From Octopus sinensis (lineage: Eukaryota), in the NCBI RefSeq assembly GCF_006345805.1, contig NW_021836493.1, positions 1-24,112 on the forward strand: DNA of 24,112 nucleotides, written 5' to 3'. The notes under the pieces are model-generated. The model had not been told where the DNA came from. It did no database searches and worked only from the letters and a program-made list of their open reading frames with translations. The position numbers were made by a program, and so were the translations under genes. Positions 10,739-22,902 of the stretch are shown piece after piece; the first letter of the stretch is position 1, and every line of letters begins with the position of its first letter.

Positions 10739-11165
10739 TCGGATCTTTTCGGTTTGAACGGCAGTTTTTTCTAGCGGTGTCATATGAAATTGTCACCCAT
10801 AATTATGACCCTAGAATCGATCTATTGCATTTCAATCTCTTTTAGGGTTAGGGTTAGGGTTAGGGGTGGGAGGAAGGGCATCTTTTTTCCTTCTCAAATG
10901 TAAATAAACCCAATCTGTTTCTTAAACGAGGGACATATTCATACGGCACAGAATGCTTTTTAACTCAATAGACGTCACTGATTGGTTGAAATTGCAGAAA
11001 TTGAAGAAAAAAAACAACAAATATCTTACCAAATATAGAATTTTCTCTATAAAGCCAAGAGAAAAATATGTTTTATAAACACATTCTACCAGTATCCGAA
11101 GTTTAAAATTTTTTAGTTACCTAGAAATTGTGTTAAAAACTGCCGTTCAAACCGAACAGATCCGA
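10739..11165. mobile_element. 427-bp non-autonomous TIR element (MITE-like) with internal (TTAGGG)4
   Basis: TIRs tcggatcttttcggtttgaacggcagttttt (10739-10769) and the reverse complement at 11135-11165 match at 30 of 31 positions. Flanked by T-runs on both sides; no coding capacity. Confidence 0.9.
10842..10865 (+). repeat. Interstitial telomeric repeat (TTAGGG)4
   Basis: ttagggttagggttagggttaggg, followed by gtgggaggaaggg. Confidence 0.97.
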
Positions 11166-11413
11166 TTTTTTCATTTACTACGAAATTCCTGTTCTTTGTG
11201 TGAGATAGCGAGATAATGGCTAGTTGGAGTAAGTATTGGCGTGTAAATGAGAAAGTATCGAATCTTGAACACTCTCTCACATTGCTTGCTATAATACTAT
11301 ATTCTTTACCGTGCTTATCAAGCCTTTTTTCACGACAATAAAGTATGATTCGAGTGGTTTTAAATTAAAATGTTAACACTTTGGTGTCTTTAATGAACAA
11401 AGGAGTGATCATA

Positions 11414-11767
11414 GGCGCAGGAGTGGCTGTGTGGTAAGTAGCTTGCTAACCAGCCACATGGTTCCGGGTTCAGTCCCACTGCGTGGCATCTTGGGCAAGT
11501 GTCTTCTGCTATAGCCCCGGGCCGACAAATGCCTTGTGAGTGGATTTGGTAGACGGAAACTGAAAGAAGCCTGTCGTATATATGTATATATATATATAAA
11601 TGTTTGTGTGTCTGTGTTTGTCCCCCTAACATTGCTTGACAACCGATGCTGGTGTGTTTACGTCCCCGTCAGTTAGCGGTTCGGCAAAAGAGACCGATAG
11701 AATAAGTACTAGGCTTACAAAGAATAAGTCCTGGGGTCGATTTGCTCGACTAAAGGCGGTGCTCCAG
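11414..11767 (+). mobile_element. SINE family A, near full length (octopus-type tRNA-derived SINE with CORE-like segment)
   Basis: A-box tggctgtgtgg 11424-11434, B-box-like ggttcagtcc 11467-11476, cttgggcaagtgtc segment, internal TA/TG microsatellite, 3' stem-loop gtcga-tttgc-tcgac. Two other partial copies are in the window. Confidence 0.92.
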
Positions 11768-11907
11768 TAAATGAGAAAAAGAGAAAGAGAAAGCGGTGTA
11801 ATAAGAAGGCCACTTATTTCTTAAACAATCTTTTCTAGATTATTTCCATTTTAAAACTAGAAAATTCACTGTCACTCTCTTGACCAATATGAAATACATT
11901 CTCGGTT

Positions 11908-12200
11908 CGTGTGTGTGTGTGTGTGTGCATGCGCGCCGCGTGTCTGAGTGTGTTTGCGTACGTGTGTGGGTGCGCGCGCGCGTGTGTGTGTCTGTGCGTG
12001 TTTGTGTCTGTGCGTGTTTGTGTCTGTGCGTGTGTCTGTGTGTGTGTGTGTGTGTTAGTGTATGTGTTTGTATTTGTGCGTGTGTGTTTGTGTGTGTCTG
12101 TGTGTGTGTGTGTCTGTGTGTTTGTATGCACGAGTGCATGTGTATGTATATGTGTGTATATGTGTGTATGTGTATGTATGAATATATATATATGCATGTA
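11908..12200. repeat. Degenerate (TG)n tract with CG runs
   Basis: Directly visible. Confidence 0.95.
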
Positions 12201-12783
12201 CGTATCCATGAATGAATGCGAGTTTCGACGTGTATGTGATATTTTTTTAAAGTTAAATCTTTAATTTTCATAATTGATATTTTGTTCAAAATACTTGAAT
12301 AATTTTGACTTTCTGATCCATCGTATCTTTCTGGAAATTCTCATCACCCACTATGCACCGAGTTTTTCTCACAGGAATATCTGATTCTTTAATTGTATTT
12401 CGCCACTATAAAACAGTTCCAAAATCAACAATTGATCCTCCGTAGTTTCCTGACATCTGTTTTCAGTTGCTCTTTTTCTTATAATTCTACCATATTTAAC
12501 GTATTGTTATGATGGACAAGATAAGTGTTTCCTTTATCTATTTATTATTTATATTCTTCTGTATTCTTGTATTCTGATATTCTTCTACTTGACTACTTTT
12601 TACCCATTTTCCCCGGCACTCGTTCAGTTTTCCATTTTTTTTTTCTTTTCTTTTACCTCTTTTTTCTCTAATTTTCCATTTTGTGTTTGTTTCATTTCTA
12701 TTCGATACGCGAAGTATCACACATACATATACACGTATGCGCAGTCTATCTCTGCATTTCTCTCTTTTCTATAACCAATCACT

Positions 12784-12822
<39 letters not shown>

Positions 12823-13667
12823 CTCTATCTCATTTTCTCTCATTTTTCCCCATTTCACTATCTCTCTCTATCTCGCTTACACACTCTCTTCCTCACTCAC
12901 ACTCTCAGCCAATTTACAAAAGCTATTAGCCAGGGGCCCGTTTCATGCTTTTTGATTACCGCATCATGTGCGTTCCGTTTTATTGCCAAGACCGCAATTT
13001 GATTCACCCCAAGGGAATTAGTAGTCTCTTTATATACTGTCTCATCTGTAGCAGAACAGAATGCTAACTTGACCTTTCGGAGAGTTGCAAATTGTAGAAC
13101 GTGCGTCTGGAATCTTTCAGTATGTCATTGGAATACGATGGAACGAAATTCTGAACGTTTTGGGAATTTTGCCATCGATCAAATGAAAGCCTGGTGGGGG
13201 TGACGGTGTTGGTATCTACATTGGTAGTGATGTTAGGTGAAGTGTTACTGCTAATCGTAGTTGGGGAGATGTGGTAATTGCGATAATGCTGTTGATGATG
13301 GTGGGGGACAGTTCATTTCAGCTTCTCATTCGATGTTTTCGTTGTAGCTCTTCTCCAGAGCTGCTGGTGGTCCCCAAGGAGAGAAAATTACGCGCTTGTT
13401 CCTCGTTCGTCCTATCGCAGAGTATATACGCGAAATGGTGCGTTTCCTACATTCAGATCTATGTTGATAGGCGTCCGCTTATTTAAAAACGTGAAAGAGA
13501 TATACATACTGATAAAAAAAGAAATATTAATAATGGAACAAGAGCAAGCTACGAGAAAATTGCTAAAAGTATAAATAGATACATAAAATAGAAACAACAA
13601 ATCCCCTTAGACATTCTAAAAAAGAAACACACGTATAGACATAAAGACATAAACATATAAATATGTT

Positions 13668-13668
13668 T

Positions 13669-13701
<33 letters not shown>

Positions 13702-13730
13702 TTCTTTCTTTCTTTCTTTCTTTTTTTTTT
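13668..13730. repeat. (TTTC)n microsatellite plus poly-T
   Basis: Directly visible. Confidence 0.95.
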
Positions 13731-13938
13731 GAGAAACATGCATACAAGAGAACATAAGCAAGTACACACGCCGGTACGCACATATCTGCATATGCGATCA
13801 TACACACACACACACACATACACACACACACACACACACACGCATGCATATATTAATAACATAAATACACAAATACATGCGGTGCCCCAGTGTGGCCACA
13901 GCCTTTGGACTAAAACGCATGAAAGTATATTCATGTGA

Positions 13939-14381
13939 ATGTATGTATGTACGTATGTATGTATGTATGTATGTATGTATGTATGTACGTATGTATGTAT
14001 GTATGTATGTATGCATGCATGTATGTATGTATGTATGTATGTATGTATGTGTGTGTGTATGTATGTATGTATGTATGTTTGTATGTATGTGTGTATGTAT
14101 GTATGTATGTATGTATGCATGCATGTATGTATGTATGTATGTATGTGTGTGTGTATGTATGTATGTATGTATGTATGTATGTATGTACGTATGTATGTAT
14201 GTATGTATGTATGCATGCATGTATGTATGTATGTATGTATGTATGTATGTGTGTGTGTGTATGTATGTATGTATGTATGTATGTATGTATGTATGTGTGT
14301 CTGTGTATGTATGTATGTATGTATGTAGGTACGTACGTACGTACGTACGTACGTACGTATGTATGTATGTATGTATGTATG

Positions 14382-14413
<32 letters not shown>

Positions 14414-14419
14414 CATGTG

Positions 14420-14447
<28 letters not shown>
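13939..14447. repeat. ~500-bp (ATGT)n array with a (GTAC)n segment
   Basis: Directly visible. Confidence 0.98.
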
Positions 14448-14451
<4 letters not shown>

Positions 14452-14491
14452 TGTCTATATATATGAGTATTTTTGTGCATGTATTCATGTA

Positions 14492-14660
14492 CAGATAAAT
14501 AGATAGATAGGTAGGTAGGTAGGTAGGTAGGGAGGTAGGTAGGTAGGTAGGTAGGTAGGTAGGTAGGTAGGTAGGTTGGTAGGTAAGTAGGTTGGTAGGT
14601 AGGTGTATGTATGGTAGTCAGAGGTAGGGAGGGAGGGGGGAGAAAGGGAGGGAGGGAGGG
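14492..14660. repeat. (GATA)->(AGGT)n->(GGGA)n purine-rich microsatellite
   Basis: Directly visible. Confidence 0.93.
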
Positions 14661-14914
14661 TGATTATTCTTTAGTCTTCTCAGCGTTAAAACAGGCATGG
14701 AATTTTATTGATAAATATGAAGATTAAAATTAAATTATCATATCATGTCTTAATAGAATAATGAATAAACACATTTATGATAACGTTACAAAATGTGTAC
14801 ACACAAATACATAGATATATGGATAGATTAATAGATTAGATGATTGATAGATGAAACTATGTACATATACACACCATTTTACATGCACAATGTGTGTGTA
14901 TGTGTAAGGACATG

Positions 14915-14989
<75 letters not shown>

Positions 14990-15096
14990 ATGTATGCGTG
15001 TATTTATGTATATATATATATGCATGATGTGGTGTGTATATATATGTATGTTTCTATATGTATATATACATATACATATAATGATTTATATATATC

Positions 15097-15140
<44 letters not shown>

Positions 15141-15330
15141 ATATATATATGTATAGATATATAAGTGTGTGTGAGAGAAGATAGCGAGTAGAGAGAGAGT
15201 GGTGTGTTGTGTGTGTGTGTGTGTGTGTGTGGGTGTGTGCATGTGTATATATGGATATATAAACAGCAGGGAGGGAGACGGAGCAAAGGGGAAAGAAAGA
15301 AAGAAAGAAAGAAAGAAAGAAAAAAAGAAA
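14915..15330. repeat. (TA)n/(TG)n/(GAAA)n microsatellite cluster
   Basis: Directly visible. Confidence 0.93.
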
Positions 15331-15537
15331 GATAATTTGATTTGCAAACAAACAGGTAAGTAAACATATAAAGACATACAAAGATATCATACGCACATAC
15401 GTACATTCTTATATGTATGCATGTCATTGTTTGGTTTTATTTCATGATTTCTGGGCAATAGAGAAAGTGTCGGTTTTCAACCTAGATTAAAGGCTACTTC
15501 ATTGAAATTTCAACATCAACAACAGGGTATTTTTTTT

Positions 15538-15657
15538 ATGCATGTATGTATGTATGTATGTATGTATGTATGTATGCATGTATGTCTGTATGTCTGTATG
15601 TATGTATGTATGTATGTATGTATGTATGCATGTATGCATGCTGTGTGTGAATGAATG

Positions 15658-15704
<47 letters not shown>

Positions 15705-15900
15705 TACATATGAATGTATGTGAATATGTATGTATTAATGTATGCACGTATGAATGAATTATGCGTGTATGCGTGTTTGTGTATGTATGTATGTATGCAT
15801 GTATGTATGCATGCATGTATGTATGTATGTATGCATGTATGTATGTATGTATGTATGTATGTATGTATATATGTATGTATGCATGTATGTATACACGTAT
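15538..15900. repeat. (ATGT)n/(TA)n microsatellite cluster
   Basis: Directly visible. Confidence 0.95.
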
Positions 15901-16117
15901 GTCAGTGTGCAGATATGTATGTTTTGCTTTATGTATGTATTCTCATGCATATAATTACATATTTAGACATGCTCATATATATTATTTAAATGATAAACTT
16001 CTGGAAAGTTTTACAGATTTTTGCTGTTCCAGTAATGGATTAGATCTGTAGTCTTCGAATTAGCTTTCTCCCTTTCTGGTTTGAGAAGCCTAATTTCACA
16101 GGATTGGTATTTAGGCA

Positions 16118-16137
16118 GTATGTACGTATGCATGTAC

Positions 16138-16168
<31 letters not shown>

Positions 16169-16258
16169 TGTATGTATGTATGTATGTATGTATGTGTGTA
16201 TGTATGTGTGTATGTGTGTATGTATGTATGTATGTATGTATGTATGTGTGTAAGTATT

Positions 16259-16290
<32 letters not shown>

Positions 16291-16310
16291 TGTATGTATG
16301 TATGTGTGTA

Positions 16311-16347
<37 letters not shown>

Positions 16348-16356
16348 ATGTATGTA

Positions 16357-16400
<44 letters not shown>

Positions 16401-16404
16401 CATG
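16118..16404. repeat. (ATGT)n/(TG)n array
   Basis: Directly visible. Confidence 0.95.
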
Positions 16405-17480
16405 TGCGAATGTTCTTAAATTACATATAACTACGTATGTCTTCATTCTTTTGCATTTTGCATTTCAAGACAGGTTTCTAACTCAGAAATCAAACCTGTT
16501 TACTAGAATTTGGACCAGAGAAACTCTCTTCTACTTATAGTCTGAAACATACAGACAATAGATTTAGATTACTTATTTCTTGTGGGCATATAACTGTAGA
16601 TTTCGAAGCAATTGTCTCTAACTTTTTTTTATTTTACACTATTTTTTAATGAAATGTTAAATTCCTCTACGTAATTGATTACCATAACTCTACTTAGCCA
16701 ACGTTTTCCGTCCCCAGTAATTCTATTCTGAGTGTATTATCTGATTTTAATGGAATTTTAGACAAAGATATTTGTTGCCGGAATATATGAAGAGATATAC
16801 TGAAAAGCACAGCATAATTATAATTATTCTCTTTATCCAAGCTCTAATGCTTTATGGATATAGCATTGTCGATTGTTCCAGGAAAATCATCATACCTCAT
16901 AGAAAAGTACTAGTATTTTAGGAAGTGCCTGATTATATAGTAACATAATCAAGATTGTTGACTACGTGTAAGGAGCAAATGGATTTCACTTAATTTTACT
17001 GTTTCCCAAGCGTCTTGTATTTGAAGTTGTTATTTCCTAGTAACATTTTTTTTATCTAAAAACCCGCAGCTTTCGAAACAATTTAGACATTGACTACTAA
17101 AGCATCTGCAATAATTACTGGTATATATGTGAATTCTAGATGAGATAACTCTAGTATAAATGGGATCTGCAAATATTCCCTTTCATATTGTTTTTCAAAA
17201 AATTATTCATAACTGCAGAGCATAATTTTCTATTGTATCTAAAAAAATCTACATCAAACTATTACGTTGAACTTGATAAAAGATTCGATGGGAATGGTCC
17301 AATAATATTCATTATGTTGAAATACATATATGTATTCCTGGGTTCAGTAGTAGTTCCCTATCGTTATCCCAGAGCAGGGATCATAACATACTAAAAGTCA
17401 CCGCCTTAATGTAATTTTTAGGGCCAGTACTGATCACGTACCTTATATTTTCCCTAGAAATGCGATATAATCAATATATA

Positions 17481-17699
17481 TTTCTTTACTGCCCACAAGA
17501 GGCTAAACATAGAGCAGACAAACAAGGACAAACGGATAAAGTCGATTACATCGATCCCAGTGCCAAAATGGTACTTTATTTATCGACCCCGAAAGGATGA
17601 AAGGTAAAGTAGACCTCGGCGGAATTTGAACTCAGACCGTAAGACAGACGAAATACGGCTACGCATTTCGCCCGGCGTGCTAACGTTTCTGCCTGTCCG
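17481..17699 (-). mobile_element. SINE family C (tRNA-derived, central domain resembling Meta/MESC)
   Basis: Minus strand: ggcagaaacgttagcacgccgggcgaaatgcgtagccgtatttcgtc...gagttcaaattcc (B-box)...cctttcatcctttcggggtcgataaataaagtacc. A decayed paralog lies at 5862-6028. The domain name is from recollection. Confidence 0.85.
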
Positions 17700-17814
17700 G
17701 GTTTGTATGTGTGCCTGTGTACGTCTGTGTGTGTGTGAGTATGTGTATCTGTATGTGTGTGTGCGTTTGTGTGTGTATGTGTATATGTATGCATGTGCGC
17801 GCGCGCATGTATCT

Positions 17815-18060
17815 ATATGCGTGTTTCTTCGGGTCATTTCAACATGTTGAACCGTTAATCTCTACACATTCTTTTTTTCTCTCTCCGCTTTTTTTTTTTT
17901 CTTTATCCGTTCCCTCTCCATTTTCTCCCACTCAATCCTTTCTGTCGAAGAGCATAGGCTAGAAACGTTACAAACTTTTCCATTCTTCCCGAGCGTCAAA
18001 CACCTGCTTGTTTTTCCCCCTCACCGATCTTTGTTTTGTTTTTCTGTAAATCTGAACTAT
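17815..18060 (+). mobile_element. Possible solo Penelope-type pLTR remnant with hammerhead-like motif
   Basis: Pyrimidine-rich tract containing ctgtcga-a-gagc-atag-gcta-gaaac-gtta (17942-17970), a degenerate CUGNNGA/stem II/GAAAC arrangement, followed by a T-rich tail. Confidence 0.4.
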
Positions 18061-18061
18061 A

Positions 18062-18107
<46 letters not shown>

Positions 18108-18134
18108 TGTGTATGTATAGGTTGATTGATTGAA

Positions 18135-18508
18135 GCACTCCGTCGGTTACGACGACGAGGGTTCCGGTTGATCCGAATCAACGGAACAGCCTGCTCGTGA
18201 AATTAACGTGTAAGTGGCCGAGCACTCCACAGACACGTGTACCCTTAACGTAGTTCTCGGGGATATTCAGCGTGACACAGAGAGTGACAAGGCCGGCCCT
18301 TTGAAATACAGGTACAACAGAAACAGGAAGTAAGAGTGAGAGAAAGTTGTGGTAAAAGAGTACACCAGATCACCACCATCCCTGCCGGAGCCTCGTGGAG
18401 CTTTAGGTGTTTTCGCTCAATAAACACTCACAACGCCCCGTCTGGGAATCGAAACCGCGATCCTATGACCGCGAGTCCGCTGCCTAACCACTGGGCCATT
18501 GCGCCTCC
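18135..18508 (-). mobile_element. SINE family B, variant 2 (full length)
   Basis: Minus head ggaggcgcaatggcccagtggttagg (A-box 18488-18498), B-box ggtttcgattcc (18445-18456); 3' tail shared with 4783-4949. Confidence 0.92.
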
Positions 18509-19146
18509 GTATGTATAGGTATACACACACACACACATACGCAAACATGCTTTCTCATAGTGCCTGTATCTGAAACCTGGTCACTTGCTAACGACTTGCT
18601 TTACCTTAAATTCGAGCTTTCAGAAAGATAATTCAGCTCGCCAATGGTATGTCGTTCTCATGCGAAATATTTTAAAACAGCATTTAGAAACTAAATGCTG
18701 CTTAAACCAAAAGTATGGTTAAGGACAAACACAGTAGTTACGGTACTTCATGGAACATTTAAAGCTGATGGGGAAAATTTCGAAGTTAGTCCCTTTGCAA
18801 TATTACCGCATATTTAGCTTTCAGAGCAAAATTAAATTATGCAGATTTGATGACATTTCAAAATAAGCTAGTTTTTAGACTTCAACAAGGAAACATATTT
18901 TAGACTTGATTATAGCAAAAGTTGGACAGGCTAAGTATTTGCACTTATGTGAAAATAGCTTCTCTTTATTCAATTGGTTAAATGATGTAGACAATAAATA
19001 AGGCTGAAAATTTCATAACAAAATCTTTTTCGTTCCATTTCCAATTTTTTTCTCCTTAATTTTCTTGAACGTTGTTAAAATTGATTTACCTAACATACAC
19101 ACACACGTGTGTGCGCGCGCACATACACTCATACAATCTTATCGCC

Positions 19147-19181
<35 letters not shown>

Positions 19182-20936
19182 TATATATATATATATATGT
19201 ATACACATGCATATATATATGTATATGTGTTTTATATATATATATATTGTGTGTGTGTGTGTGTGGTGTTTATATATATGTGTGTTTATAGTGTGTGTAT
19301 AGTATTGACTTAAGTGCCTTTAATATATTTGGTAGAATTTTATAGTTGCATAGCGAATGCAGTGTACCTATATATATATAAAACTTTGTGTCAGTATATC
19401 TGTCCATCTGTTTATCTCTTACAATCGCTTTTATTTTACGACGTGTATACGCAAATGCCGTGTTGGATTTGCTCTATTTTGTACATTTTTTTTAACGTGT
19501 ATCAACTGAGGAACGGCAGTTGCTATCGTTACCATACGGCCATCCAAACTGCTGAGATTTAAGAGGACGTAGCTCAGTCTCCTCATCCGTAAACAAATAT
19601 CCAAAGAAACTAATGATGATGAATATGGATACCTGGTTGGAAATGTCAGTAACGAAAACGCTAACGATTCGAATCCTTACATTTCGTACAATCATCGGCG
19701 CCAAAGCTGACACTGTCACTTTCTTATCTCTCTCTCTCACTTTTCTCTCTTTCTCTCACTTTCTCTCTCACTCTTTCTTTCGTTCTTTCTCTCCCTCTCT
19801 TTCCTCTTTGACGAATGACAAATTTCAACTTATGAAATATACTCTCCCATATACTGGTGATTACCTGTTTCCTCTAGATTTGATTCCAGATTTGTTACCC
19901 TACAAAAAACACCCAAGGAACAGGTAGCGTTTTTGGTAGCGTTAGACAGAGGAGATTGTAGGCCAGTTATCTAATATTGAGTTTCAGGAAGAGTTTTAGT
20001 ATAGCCATAATTGTGCCACTACTTTCACAACTTTCTGGCAATTATAATTTAGACTGTATTAGATTGCTATAATAATCAAAGTTGGCAATTAAATTTTCTG
20101 GCATTATCGTCCTTTGTGTTATAGAAATATGCTTTTACATTAGGGTCTCACAATTCCATAAAGGTCAGAAATGTTATCGGGATTTAGGGCTCATGACTGA
20201 AGGTCAACATTAAATTAAGGCAATAAGAAAGCACAGGCAATCAACAAACCTAGTCACCTCTTCCTCCATTCACACAAACGTGCACACTTGCATGTAAACT
20301 ATAACATCTACTGAATAACAGTCATATGGGGCTTCGTATATTACGGCAACGATGATATTCGATATGTTAATTATATTGTTATATTATAGAAACAAGCTTT
20401 GTCTTTTGTCTTTCTCATTCATTGTTTGTTCCAGGAAAATCACAGTTCTTTGTCTTTCGATTTCATACTATTCATATAGCCTCTTTATCAGTCAGTCTTA
20501 AATCGACCAAGGTTCACTAAGCTAAACACAGTATATACACGTAACTTGAAACCAATAGCATGCTTATAATTCCACGGCCATTTCTACTTATATCAACAGG
20601 TCATACATACGTTTGCATTTTGCATAAAATTTTCAAATCACATTTAAAATACTCTAACCACTCTTCCGACTAATAACCTCAACATACATTATTTAATAAT
20701 TTCAAGACGAGAACTGGTTCTATATTTGCTGACCAAACACATTTTACTTGACCCATATACTTATTGTTTCATATCATTATGACTTGATTAATCCCAGAAG
20801 CTTTCAGGTTATTTTTGTTTCCTTATTGCTCATCTGGCCCCCAAGGAAAAGACTAAAGTTACAGAAAAATAGATTCCCCACCAACCAAGATAATAATTCT
20901 GTAGAATATGTAGTAACACAAATAAAGAACAATTAA

Positions 20937-22262
20937 GTTAGAGGTAACAATAAGTCTTCTATTCCTCCTTTATTCAACGGACCTGAGGTCATGACAACAT
21001 CTAATGATAAAGCAGAGCTCTTTGCTCAACTGTTTAGTTCTTACTCTATTATCGATGACTCTGGTAATCCACTTCCTAATGCTTTTCTCAAAACTGATAA
21101 ACTGTTAGGCAGTTGTCATATTACTTCTGCTAAGGTTGCGGCCATTGTGACATGGTTGGATCCATGTAAAGCAACTGGACCTGATGGTATTCCAGTCGTT
21201 GTCCCTCAGAAGTGCTCTCCTGAGTTGTCTTCTGTCTCATCTAGGTTCTTCCGAAAGTGTATATCAGAATTTTATTTTCCTTCTTTATGGATATTCCGTA
21301 CTGTTGTTCCTGTCTTTAAGAACTGTGGTGATCGATCTAATCCTCGTAATTATAGACCAATTAGTCTACTACCAATCATCAGTAATGTTTTTGAGTACCT
21401 GATTAATGACTCTCTTGTAAAATATCTTGACTCAAATCGTTTATTATCCGACTCTCAATCTGGACAGTCTACTGTTGATCTTCTCATGTTATATCCAAGC
21501 GTGTTTATCGTGTCTTGAATATATCTGGTCAAGCTAGGGCAGTTGCTATTGATATCTCTAAGGCATTTGATAGGATTTGGCACGCTGGACTTCTATGGAC
21601 GCTCCAATCCTTTGGTGTCAGGTTTCATGCTGAACATCATCTCTTCTTTCGTTTATGACCGTAGAATCAAGGTTTTTCTTGATGGTCAATCTTCATCTAG
21701 TCACTCTATTAATGCTGGGGTTCCTCGAGGATCTGTCCTGGGCCCAACACTCTTCTTTTTTTCAATGATCTGCCTGATCATATCATCTTTCAGTTAGTAA
21801 TCTATGCTGATAACTCTACTTTGTACTCTTGTTTGGAAAAATCTGAAGACTTGTCTGATAAGGTTGAGATGGCTGCTAAACTTGAGAATGATCTTCGATC
21901 TATTGTTGAGTGGAGTAGGAAAAGACTTGTAACGTTCAAATCCATCGAAAACTAAACATCTTTCAATTAATCGCTTCAGAACATCCTTTCTTGCAATCGG
22001 TTTCGACGGATGGGATTGACTTAACTGAGAGTCGTTCTCTCCGTTTCTTAGGAGCGACTTTCAGTAATGATTTTTCTTGGAGGACTTACAATGAATCTAT
22101 TGCCAAATCGGCTCCAATGAAGGTAGGCTCATGCCTTCGTTTGAGGAGTCATCTCACTCCTGAAACTATTATTTATCTTTAGAAGTCCACCACTCGCCCC
22201 TGCAATGTTATTGGCACCGATCTATCTTCTAAACTGGATTCACTGTCTTATCGTCGTCGTAA
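20937..22262 (+). pseudogene. Decayed non-LTR retrotransposon ORF2 reverse transcriptase (CR1/Zenon or Jockey-like group)
   Basis: KSSIPPL..DKAELFA, KATGPDGI, VVPVFK.GDRSNPRNYRPISLLPIISNVFE, DISKAFD (21551-21571), GVPRGSVLGPTLF, YADN (21803-21814, for YADD), LRFLG, LDSLSYRRR. Several frameshifts, stops and deletions (e.g. YGFR lost); truncated at both ends. Confidence 0.95.
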
Positions 22263-22301
22263 ATTCCCGTGTACATATGCTTGTGTCAGCATATGTGACA
22301 C

Positions 22302-22583
<282 letters not shown>

Positions 22584-22812
22584 GTTGCATGTGCGTTTTT
22601 GTATATGTGCCTCTGTATTCTGTATTATTATTATTATGTGATTGTGAAATTGTTAAGATTGGTTGCGTTGTTTCCTATACATGTGCAGAGAAACAACTGA
22701 AAATTTGGAATCAAAGTACATACAACTGAAATTTTAAAAAAATATTTACCTAAACGTTGCGTTTCGAAACGTTATTCTCAAGCTGAAAATGCTGTGTACA
22801 TGAATGCGTGTA

Positions 22813-22902
22813 TACACACACACACACACACACACGCACACACATACACACACACACACACACAGACACACATTCACACACACATACACACATACACACA
22901 CA

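Noticed and set aside
10842-10865. True telomere or chromosome-fusion scar
   Set aside because: Only four units, in one orientation, enclosed within a TIR element.
22759-22770. 12-bp palindrome cgtttcgaaacg
   Set aside because: Short, with no associated structure or second copy; plausibly chance.
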